A stretch of DNA of 64,000 nucleotides. It comes from Heptranchias perlo (taxonomy: Eukaryota). The stretch covers positions 372,001 through 436,000 of the forward strand of contig NW_027138796.1 of NCBI RefSeq assembly GCF_035084215.1, written 5' to 3'. Below the pieces are notes generated by a model that was not told the DNA's origin, made no database searches, and worked only from the letters and a program-made list of their open reading frames with translations. The translations under genes and the position numbers were made by a program. The first letter of the stretch is position 1, and every line of letters begins with the position of its first letter. Below, piece after piece: positions 1 through 10,406 of the stretch.

Positions 1-210
1 AACCATCAGACCCCATCAATCTGATCCCCATCAATCTGATCCCCATCAATCTGATCCCTATCTATCAGACCCAGATCTATCAGACCCACATCAATCAGAC
101 CCAGATCTATCAGATTCCCATCTATCAGATTCCCATCTATCAGATTCCCATGTCAGACTCCCATCTATCAGAACCCCATCTATTAGACTCCCATCTATCA
201 GACCTCCGTC
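1..210. repeat. Degenerate CAGACCCCATCAAT satellite
   Basis: Same as the end of the array at 9479-9630. Confidence 0.85.
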
Positions 211-319
211 CGTTGCTCAATGTGGGTCGCTCACTCCCTGAGGCACACCTCGTATTTCATGAGGATCCCACACTCCCTGCAGATCTCCCTACTCCATGTG
301 AACGCCAACCTCTCTAGAT

Positions 320-1372
320 CCATTTCTGCCCTCACCCCTTCTCCACCCTCCTAGAACCATGATAGGATCCCCCTTGTCCTCACCTTCCACTCCAACAGCC
401 TCCACATTCAACAGATCATCCTCCGCCATTTCCGCCACCTTCAGCACCACCAAACAGATCTTCCCCTCCCCTCCCCTTTCAGGATTCCGAAGGGATCATT
501 CCTCCGTGACACCCTTGTCCACTCTTCCATCACCCCCAACACCCACTACCCTTCCTACGGCACCTTCCTGTACAAGCGCAGGAGATGCATCACCTGCTCT
601 TTCACCTCCCTTCCCACCGTCCAGAGCCCCAAACACTCTTCCAGGTGAAACAGTGATTTACTTGTACTTCTTTCAGTTTGGCATACTGTATTCGCTGCTC
701 ACGATGCGGAATCCTGTACATTGGAGAGACCAAACGAGTTTGGGTGATCGCTTTGCTGAACATCTCCGTCCGGTCTGCAAGCGTGACCCTGAGTTTCCGG
801 TCACTTGCCATTTTAATTCCCCGTCCCACTCCCACTGTGACCTCTCTGTCCTCGGCCTCCTACACTATTCCAGTGAAGCTCAACGGAAGCTCGAGGAACA
901 GCACCTCATCTTTCGATTAGACACTTTGCAACCTTCTGGACTCAACATTGATTTGATTAAGTTCAGATCAGAACCACTGCCCCCACTTTTTCAGGCAGCA
1001 GGTGCTGCTAATGGTTCTGCTGTTGCCATTTACAGTTCCTCTGGACCCATCTTTTGTTCCTTTACTTGCCCCATTACCACCCTCCTTGCCTTGCACCATC
1101 ATCTCTTTTGTCATTTAATCACTCCTGCCTTCCACCCTCTCACAGACCCTCCCTTTTGTTCTTTCCTCCTCTCCCCTTCCTCCCCTGTTTCCCTGGTTCT
1201 GTACTTGCTTCAGAACTGTTAAATCTTTCACATCTTCCAGTTCTGACAAAAGGCCATTGACCTGAAAGGTTAACTCTGTTTCTTTCTCCACAGATGCTGC
1301 CTGACCTGCTGAGTAATTCCAGCATTTTCTGTTTTTATTTCAGATTCCAGCGTCTGCAGTATTTTGCTTTTG
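320..1372 (+). mobile_element. Degenerate Penelope-like element, 3' part (GIY-YIG remnant and terminal region)
   Basis: Frameshifted pieces AYCIRCSRCGILYIGETKR, HFNSPSH and LEEQHLIFRLDTLQPSGLN match the Penelope GIY-YIG endonuclease; degenerate hammerhead at 1239-1275. Boundaries approximate. Confidence 0.75.
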
Positions 1373-1554
1373 ATTCAGTGTTTTAATGACTGAAGTGCTG
1401 TGTGACTGCAGCTCTGTGGAGTTTGATTAAGCCCCATTCTGGGTCCATTGATCCTCTTTCAAGTTCTAACGTCTTCTTTTACACGTGTTTCTCAATCTCT
1501 TGTCATGTATTTGTGGCTTTTAAATCGACACAATTCCAAAATCATTCAAAAATA

Positions 1555-1560
1555 TTTATT
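1555..1560 (-). terminator. Putative polyadenylation signal, copy 1
   Basis: AATAAA on minus strand about 130 nt after the stop, in an AT-rich 3'UTR, with TTGTGT downstream; conserved in all copies. Confidence 0.55.
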
Positions 1561-3411
1561 TTCTTAAATATAATTTGTAAGATAAATGTGAAATTAAGTT
1601 AAACTCTTTTTATGTTCTAAATTAATGTCATTTTGTAAAATAAATATGATTTAAAGTTAAACTCTTTTTACTTTCTAAATGAATAAATCTTATTCTTCCT
1701 CCTCCGCCTTTCTGTCCAGCGCGGAAGAATCGACGGCCACCTCTTCGTAATCCTTCTCGAGTGAGGCCAGGTCCTCCCGTGCGTCCTGGAACTCCCCTTC
1801 CTCCAGCCCCTCCCCCACGTACCAGTGGACAAAGGCCCGCTTGGCGTACATCTTATCGAATTTGAGGTTGAGGCGGGTCCAAGCCAAGGAAATGGCGGTG
1901 GTGTTGCTCAGCATACAGAGGGCACGCTGCACCTTTGCCAGATCGCCCCCTGGCACCACCGTCGGGGGCTGGTAGTTGATGCCAACCTGTGGGAAAAGAA
2001 AATTCTTTAGATTTCAGTTGCACAGAAAGGAGCTTCAAAATCAGAGCCGTTGGGAACCACTTAACTATCAGAAAGATAAATTAATGTACCAATGTGTGTC
2101 TATCACTGTACAAAAACCCAGATCTGGTTATTCAGTGGGCTCTTCCCCCAGTTTTAGAGCCTCAGTTTCTGATGGATGGATGCTGTGTAATGAGGCCAGA
2201 TTCCGGGGCTAATTCCTTTCTTCAGTTCATCTTGTCCAATGAGGCCTTGATTTTTCAGGATGCCTTTTCCTTGTTCAAGCAAGGACTTCTCCTGGAACAT
2301 TCAGGGCAAAAATCAAGGATCAGAGCTGAGACAATTCCACCAACAGCCTCAGAGGGAGCTCCTCTTTGGGCCAAGAATGGGGAGGGTCTGAAAGGAGCGA
2401 CAGCTTTTGACCCAGACTGAACAGACGTATTGTTCACGTGGGATATGAGATTGTCAGAATCCATGTTTCCCCAGAGCCCCATGGATTGAACACAAAATCC
2501 ACACTTCCCTTGAACCCGGTCGGGCACCAATCAACAAACTGGATCGAGCGCTTGGTTTTGATGGTGGCGATGGAGGCGTTGACATTCTTTGGCACGACAT
2601 CTCCTCGGTACAGCATGCAGCACGCCATGTACTTGCCCTGGCGGGGGTCGCACTTCACCATCTGATTGGCTGGTTCAAAGCAGGCGTTGGTGATCTCTGA
2701 CACAGATATTTGCTCGTGGTAAGCCTTCTCGGCCGAAATAAGGGGGGAGTAGGTTAATAATGGGAAGTGAATGCGGGGATAAGGGACCAGGTTGGTTTGG
2801 AACTCAGTCAGGTCCACATTGAGGGCACCGTCGAACCGTAGTGACGCCGTGATGGATGACACCAACTGTCCAATGAGACGGTTGAGGTTGGTGTATGTTG
2901 GACGCTCAATGTCAAGATTACGCCGACATATATCATAAAGGGCCTCGTTGTCGACCATGAAGCCGCAGTCAGAGTGCTCAAGGGTGGAGTGGGTGACGAG
3001 CACGGAGTTGTACGGTTCGACCACCGCAGTGGAAATCTGCGGCGCAGGATAAACAGAAAACTCCAGTTTGGATTTCTTGCCGTAGTCTACAGATAGTCTC
3101 TCCATCAGGAGGGATGTAAAACCCGAGCCGGTCCCACCCCCGAAACTGTGGAAAATGAGGAAACCCTGGAGTCCCGTGCACTGGTCAGCCTGTGGGCAAA
3201 GAAGGTACAAAACATTAAAAGGGAGCAGGAAATGGAATCTATCGTCAAAGGACAGTGAACACAGGACAGGAGCAAAAATACTGACCGTCCCTGGTGGGAC
3301 AGGGCAGTGGGAGCTGGTGAGAAGGGGCAGTGGGAGATGGGGAGAAGGGAGAGCGGGAGATGGTGAGAAGGGGCAGCGGGAGCTGTTGGGACTAGACAGT
3401 GGGAGATGGTG

Positions 3412-3687
3412 AACATAGGAACAGGAGTAGGCCATTCAGCCCCTCATGCCTGCTCCGCCATTTGATAAGATCATGGCTGATCTGTTATCTAGCTGCATAT
3501 ACCCGCCTTTGGCCCATATCTCTTAATACCTTTGGTTGCCAAAAAGCTATCCATCTCACATTTAAATGTAGCAATTGAGCTAGTATCAATTGCCGTTTGC
3601 GGAAGAGAGTTCCAAACTTCTACCACCCTTTGTGTAGAAATGATATCCCTTGCAAGTTTCTTTTCATACTCTCTTTTTGTAGCTCTT
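3412..3687 (-). mobile_element. CR1 LINE in intron 3 of copy 1, internally deleted
   Basis: Same two ends as the 1.88-kb intronic CR1 of copies 2-4, with about 1.6 kb removed at 3641-3642. Confidence 0.85.
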
Positions 3688-4465
3688 GTGAGAAGGGGCA
3701 GTGGTAGCTGCTGGGATGGGGCAGTGGGAGATGATAGGATGGGTCAGCGGGAGATGCTGGGAATGGGCAGGGGGAGTTGATTGTAATGGTCAGGGGGAGA
3801 TGATGGGACTGGGCAGTGGGAGATGATGTGATGGGTCAGTGGGAGACGATGGGAGAGACAGTGGGAGATAATGAGATGGGGCAGTGGGAGATGATGGGAT
3901 GGGTCAGTGGGAGATGTTGGGAATGGGCAGGGGGTGTTGATGGGAATGGGCAGGGGGAGATGATGTGATGGGTCAGTGGGAGACGATGGGAGAGACAGTG
4001 GGAGATATTGAGATGGGGCAGTGGGAGATGATGGGATTTGTCAGTGTTGGGAATGTTGGGAATGGGGAGGGCGAGCTGATGGGAATGGGCAGGGGGAGAT
4101 GATGGGACGGGGCAGTGGTAGACTGTGGGACTGGGCAGTGGGAGACTGTGGGAATGGGCATTGGGAGACTGTGGGACTGGGCAGTGCGAGATTATGTGAC
4201 GGAGCAGTGGAAGACTGTGGGACTGGGCAGTGGGAGATGGTGGGACGTGGCAGTGGGAGATGATGGGATGGGGCAATGAGAAATGATGAGACGGGGCAGC
4301 GGGAGATGATGGGACGGGGTAGTGGGAGATGGTGAGAAGGAGCAATGGGAGATGATGGAGGGGTAGTGGGAGATGGTGAGAAGGAGCAGTGGTTGCCGGT
4401 TCGATTAGGCAGTGGGAGATGATGGAGGGGTAGTGGGAGATGGTGAGAGGGGGCAGTGGTTGCCA
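3688..4465. repeat. Intron-3 purine-rich minisatellite, GGCAGTGGGAGATG core (also 17066-18373, 31387-32649, 45899-46848)
   Basis: 22-23-bp units with higher-order blocks; length differs among copies. Confidence 0.9.
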
Positions 4466-4912
4466 GTACACAACTTACCACCTTCCGTATGCGATCCAAG
4501 ACCAGATCCACTATCTCCTTGCCGATGGAACAGTGGCCCCGTGCGTAGTTATTGGCCGCATCCTCCTTGCCGGTGATGAGTTGCTCGGGGTGAAAGAGCT
4601 GTCGGTAGGTGCCGGTGCGGACCTCATCTGGGGGCAGGGAACGGAGAGTTAAAAACCTGAATATGCATCATTTCAAGTATTTTGATACAAGTCTGGCCAT
4701 TTTTCTGGGAACATCTCTCAGTCCTGGGACCACCACCTTTGATCCAGACTGGAAATCCCTGACTGTCCACAGTGACTGGAGTATTGGAGATTGGGAGGAG
4801 AGGGGGAGAGACGATTGGCCAAGCAGCTTCAACTGTCGAGATCTCATGACCAACCCAGCAGCTGGAAGCAGCAAACCAGGAGGATGCCAGGAGCATGAAG
4901 GCCGTGTTCTGC

Positions 4913-5135
4913 TGTCTCAGTTGGTAGCTGGTGCGACAAATTGATCATAGGAGTCGCAGGTTCCATTTGTGGCCTGTGCTGGGTCAGCTGATCTCAGCTA
5001 AGGTGGATATGAGCCCTGATATTAACCTCAGGACCCTGGGTGGGGGGTGGGACAGTAAACAATCCACCTGGGTACCTGCTGCTGTTCCTTACCCAATAAC
5101 TGCACCTGGCAAATGAGTGTATGTGGGGGATGGGG
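4913..5135 (+). mobile_element. Possible degenerate tRNA-derived SINE in intron 2 (also in copies 2-4)
   Basis: A-box-like TGTCTCAGTTGG and B-box-like GGTTCCAT at tRNA-like spacing; boundaries uncertain. Confidence 0.3.
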
Positions 5136-6509
5136 TTAAGGTGGGGACAGTACTGAGCTCAGCTGTGATGGTGCCTGTGGTTGAATTGCTTGCAGGGACT
5201 CAATGTTTGGCCTAATACTTGAAAGAATTGGTGAAGCACCGGAGAGACACGTGGGCCAGTGGAACCAGATTCTGGTAACGGGAAACACCTTCGGGGGAGG
5301 AGGGGAGATACTTGGAGGGGCCAAGACTTGGTCTGTGAGAAGGGAGTTTGTATCAAACAGCAACAAGAGGTAGCAGAACAGTGCCTGTCTGTATCAGGAG
5401 GAAGGACTGTACATGAGTAGGTGTATTGCAATGAGTTTAGTGACACACGACTAACCCATCAACAATCTCTCCCCTTACCGATCACAGTGGGCTCCAGATC
5501 TACAACCACGGCTCGGGGGATGTGCTTGCCCGCCCCCGTCTCACTGAAGAAGGTGTTGAAGGAGTCGTCCCCACCTCCGATGGTCTTGTCACTGGGCATC
5601 TGCCCATCTGGTTGGATCCCATGCTCCAGGCAATACAGCTCCCAGCAAGCATTGCCGACCTGCACGCCGGCCTGGCCAATGTGGATTGAAAGACACTCAC
5701 GCTAAAGAGTGGAGAACACAGGATTATTTACACAGGTAGGAGGACAATGCTTTATACAGTCAGTGGAGGTGGAAGGGAGAAGGGTGTGTGGGCAGCAACA
5801 CGTTCCATTACAGTAACCTGTGGATCCCGTCCATTCCCTGTAGATCTCACCTGCTGCCTGCTGGATCCCTTCTGTCCCCGTGCTATGTTCCACTACCTGT
5901 CGACCCCACCCCCTTCCGATGGACCCCTCTGCTCACGATGGATGTCTTCTCTCCGTGTGCGTTCCCACTCCCTATGGACTCCCTCTCTTCCTCTGGATCC
6001 CCCATTTTCTGTGGTTTCCCACGCCCTGTGTATTGCAGTGCTTCCTGTACATTCCCACTCCCTGTGGACTGCCCTGTCCCAGAGGATTTGCCCACTGACT
6101 GTGGATCCATTGCTCAATGTGGGCCACTCGCTTCCTGAGGAATTCCCCATATTTCTTAAAGATCCCACATTCTGTCACTGACCACCCTCGTTTGCTGTGG
6201 ATATGCATCACCCTGTGGATTCCCAATCTCCCTGTTACTCCTCTCTCCAGATGAATTTCCCACTTTCTCCCTGTGGCTGCCCCGAATCTCCCTGTGGATG
6301 CCCCCAGTCTCCCTGTGGTTCACTCCTCACTCTCTTTTCTGAAGCCCCTCCTCTCAACATCGGTTACTGCTCTCCCTGTCGTTCTTCCTCTCTCCATGTG
6401 GATCCTTCTCTCCCTGTGGATTCCCACCCTCCCTGTGGGTCCTTTCCCTCTCCCTTGGGATGCATTACTCTGACTGGTTCCCTTCTCTCTCCCGACAGAT
6501 TCCCACTCT

Positions 6510-6960
6510 CCTAGTGGATCACACTCTCTCAGTGGATCCCACTCTCTCTGGATCCCTTCTCTCCCTGTCAGATTCCCACTCTCCCAGTGGATCCCCCCTC
6601 CCAGTAGTTCCCTCTCTCCCAGTGGACCGCTCTCTTTCTATGGGTCCCACTCTCCCTGTGAATCCCTCTCCCAGTGGATCCCTCTCTCCTAGTGGATCCC
6701 TCTCTTCCTATGGATCCCACTCTCCCTGTGGATCCCTTCTCTCTCCCAGTCGATCCCACTCTCCCTGTGAATTCCACTCTCCTCGTAGATCCCACTCTCC
6801 CTGTGGATCCCTCTCTCCCAGTAGATCCCACTCTCCCTGTGGATCCCTCTCTCCCAGTGGATCCCACTCTCCCTGTGAATCCCTCTCTCCCTGTGGATCC
6901 CACTCTCCCTGTGAATCCCTCTCTCCCAGTGGATCCCCCTCTCCCTGTGGATCCCTCTGT
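6510..6960. repeat. Intron-1 18/36-bp minisatellite GGATCCCACTCTCCCTGT (also about 20330-20520, 34605-34797, 48805-49105)
   Basis: Copy 4 intron 1 is 108 bp (6x18) longer than in copies 2 and 3. Confidence 0.9.
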
Positions 6961-7064
6961 CTCGGTGGAACACCCTCGCTCTGTGCATTGCCCAGTGAGC
7001 TCTCACCATAATCTCCTCCTATTCTCGCAGCTCTTGAGAATGTGCCTCGTGCTGCCGCTCCCGC

Positions 7065-7183
7065 TATTTATACCCCGCCCGATAGAACCCTCCTATTCAG
7101 CAAATCGGGCTCTGATTGGTCTGTGAGAACAATGGCCTATTGTTGCTTTGTTAAACGTAGCGACGTTGCTCAGTGCTGATTGG
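7065..7183 (-). promoter_or_regulatory. Core promoter of tubulin copy 1: TATA, GC box, two CCAAT boxes
   Basis: Minus-strand TATAAATA 7072-7065 (56 bp upstream of ATG), GGGCGGGG 7080-7073, CCAAT at 7119-7115 and 7183-7179, each followed by CAG. Confidence 0.8.
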
Positions 7184-7267
7184 TTCATTGTGTAAAAGGC
7201 GGAACCAAGAATTCGCAACATTCTGTTATGGGAGGAGCGCCAGGGAACAAGAGAATTCCCCTTACCC

Positions 7268-9630
7268 CCAGACCCCATCAATCAGACCCCCAACCCCCAG
7301 ACCCCATCAATCAGACCCCCAACCCCCAGACCCCATCAATCAGACCCCCAACCCCCAGACCCCATCAATCAGACCCCCAACCCCCAGACCCCATCAATCA
7401 GACCCCCAACCCCCAGACCCCATCAATCAGACCCCCAACCCCCAGACCCCATCAATCAGACCTCCAACCCCCAGACCCCATCAATCAGACCCCCAACACC
7501 CAGACCCCATCAATCAGACCCCCAACCCCCAGACCCCATCAATCAGACCCCCCAACCCCCAGAGCCCATCAATCAGACCCCCAACCCCCAGACCCCATCA
7601 ATCAGACCCCCAACCCCCAGACCCCATCAATCAGACCCTCAACCCCCAGACCCCATCAATCAGACCCCCAACACCCAGACCCCATCAATCAGACCCCCAA
7701 CCCCCAGACCCCATCAATCAGACCCCCAACCCCAGACCCCATCAATCAGACCCCCAACCCCCAGACCCCATCAATCAGACCCTCAACCCCCAGACCCCAT
7801 CAATCAGACCCCCAACCCCCAGACCCCATCAATCAGACCCCCAACCCCCAGAGCCGATCAATCAGACCCCCAACCCCCAGACGCCATCAATCAGACCCCC
7901 AACCCCCAGACCCCATCAATCAGACCCCCAACCCCCAGACCCCATCAATCACACCCCCAACCCCAGCCTCCATCAATCAGACCCCCAACCCCCAGACCCC
8001 ATCAATTAGACCCTCAACCCCCAGGCCCCATCAATCAGACCCCCAGACCCCATCAATCAGACCCACAACCCCCAGACCCCATCAATCAGACCCCCAACCC
8101 CCAGACCCCATCAATCACACCCCCAACCCCCAGACCCCATCAATCAGACCCCCAACACCCAGATCCCAACAATCAGACCCCCGACCCCCAGACCCCATCA
8201 ATCAGACCCCCAACCCCCTGAGCCCATCAATCAGACCCCCAACCACTAGACCCCATCAATCAGACCCCCAACCCCCAGACCCCATCAATCAGTCCCCCAA
8301 CCCCCAGACCCCATCAATCAGACCCCCAACTCGCAGGCCCCATCAATCAGACCCCCAAACCCCCAGACCCCATCAATCAGTCCCCCAACCCCCAGACCCT
8401 ATCAATCAGACCCACAAACCCCAGACCCCATCAATCAGACCCCCAAATCCCCAGACCCCATCAATCAGACCCCCAACCCCCAGACACCATCGATCAGACC
8501 CCCAACCCCCAGACCCCATCAATCAGACCCCCAACCCCCAGACCCCATCAATCAGACCACCAAACCGCAGACCCCATCAATCAGACCCCCAACCCCCAGA
8601 CCCCATCAATCATACCCCCAAACCCCATCAATCGGACCCTCAACCCCCAGACCCCATCAATCAGACCCCCAACCCCCAGACCCCATCAATCAGACCGCCA
8701 ACCCCCAGACCCCATCAATCAGACCACCAAACCGCAGACCCCATCAATCAGACCCCCAACCCCCAGACCCCATCAATCAGACACCCAACCCTCAGACCCC
8801 ATCAATCAGACCCCCAAACCCCAGACCCCATCAATCAGAGCCCCAACCTCAGATCCCCAACCATCAGACCCCATCAATCAGACTTCCAACCACAGACCCT
8901 ATCAATCAGACCACCATCGATCAGACCCCCATCAATCAGACCCATCACTCTGATCCCCATCAATCAGACCCCCAACCCTCAGACCCCATCAATCAGACCC
9001 CCAAACCTCAGACCCCATCAATCAGAGCCCCAACCTCAGATCCTCAACCATCAGACATCCAACCACAGACCCTATCAATCAGACCCCCAACCTTCAGGCC
9101 CCATCAATCAGACCACCAACCATCAGACCCCCATCAATCAGACCCATCAATCTGATCCCCATCAATCAGACCCCCAACCCTCAGACCCCATCAATCAGAC
9201 CCCCAAACCTCAGACCCCATCAATCAAAGGCCCAACCTCAGAACCCCAACCATCAGACCCCATCAATCAGACCTCCAACCACAGACCCTATCAATCACAC
9301 CCCCAACCCCCAGTCCCCATCAATCACACCCCCAACCTCAGACCCCATCAATCTCAACCCCAACTATCAGACCCCATCAATCAGACCCACATCAATCTGA
9401 TCCCCATCAATCACACCCCCAATCTCAGACCCTATCAATCACACCTCCAACCATCAGACCTCATCAATGTCACCCCCAACCATCAGACCCCATCAATCTG
9501 ATCCCCATCAATCTGATCCCTATCTATCAGACTCAGATCTATCAGACCCACATCAATCAGACCCAGATCTATCAGATTTCCATGTCAGACCCCCATCTAT
9601 TAGACTCCCATCTATCAGACCTCCGTCCGT
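7268..9630. repeat. 29-bp minisatellite CAGACCCCATCAATCAGACCCCCAACCCC upstream of copy 1
   Basis: Homogeneous next to the promoter, degenerating distally. Confidence 0.95.
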
Positions 9631-9739
9631 TGCTCAATGTGGGTCGCTCACTCCCTGAGGCACACCCCGTATTTCATGAGGATCCCACACTCCCTGCAGA
9701 TCTCCCCACTCCATGTGAACGCCAACCTCTCTAGATCCA

Positions 9740-10406
9740 TTTCTGCCCTCACCCCTTCTCCACCCTCCTAGAACCATGATAGGATCCCCCTTGTCCTCAC
9801 CTACCACTCCAACAGCCTCCACATTCAACAGATCATCCTCCGCCATTTCCGCCACCTTCAGCACCACCAAACAGATCTTCCCCCTCCCCTTTCAGGATTC
9901 CGAAGGGATCATTCCTCCGTGACACCCTTGTCCACTCTTCCATCACCCCCAACACCCACTCCCCTTCCTACGGCACCTTCCTGTACAAGCGCAGGAGATG
10001 CATCACCTGCTCTTTCACCTCCCTTCCCACCGTCCAGAGCCCCAAACACTCTTCCAGGTGAAACACTGATTTACTTGTACTTCTTTCAGTTTGGCATACT
10101 GTATTCGCTGCTCACGATGCGGAATCCTGTACATTGGAGAGACCAAACGAGTTTGGGTGATCGCTTTGCTGAACATCTCCGTCCGGCCTGCAAGCGTGAC
10201 CCTGAGTTTCCGGTCACTTGCCATTTTAATTCCCCGTCCCACTCCCACTGTGACCTCTCTGTCCTCGGCCTCCGACACTATTCCAGTGAAGCTCAACGGA
10301 AGCTCAAGGAACAGCACCTCATCTTTCGATTAGACACTTTACAACCTTCTGGACTCAACATTGATTTGATTAAGTTCAGATCAGAACCACTGCTCCCATT
10401 TTTTCA
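9740..10406 (+). mobile_element. Duplicate of the degenerate Penelope-like element (interrupted by a younger PLE; resumes 11879-12022)
   Basis: Near-identical to 320-993. Confidence 0.75.

Larger units (their letters stand above)
1690..7009 (-). pseudogene. TUBA: Alpha-tubulin copy 1, probable pseudogene (intron-4 donor GT>GG)
   Basis: Coding exons 7009-7007 (ATG|GTGAGA), 5701-5479, 4627-4479, 3189-2509, 1986-1690. Splices to a 450-aa alpha-tubulin, but the exon-4 donor reads AAG|GGAAGT where the other copies have AAG|GTAAGT. Also carries F67V and D327N, absent from the other copies. Confidence 0.7.

Noticed and set aside
6460-7126. RESGIH, PVDP and SPCG repeat ORFs
   Set aside because: Intron-1 18/36-bp minisatellite; the ATG at 7009 is tubulin exon 1 followed by a GT donor.
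7141-7175. RFX X-box or forkhead sites suggesting ciliary regulation
   Set aside because: Only half-sites (GTTGCT) and imperfect matches; too weak to call.
7173-9501. Long Pro-rich ORFs (up to 773 aa; also near 20737, 35013, 49320)
   Set aside because: Translations of a stop-free 29-bp minisatellite; the same peptide cycles through all frames and length varies between copies.
7268-9630. CRISPR-like regular repeats
   Set aside because: Head-to-tail units with no unique spacers and no cas genes, in a eukaryotic intron-containing context.
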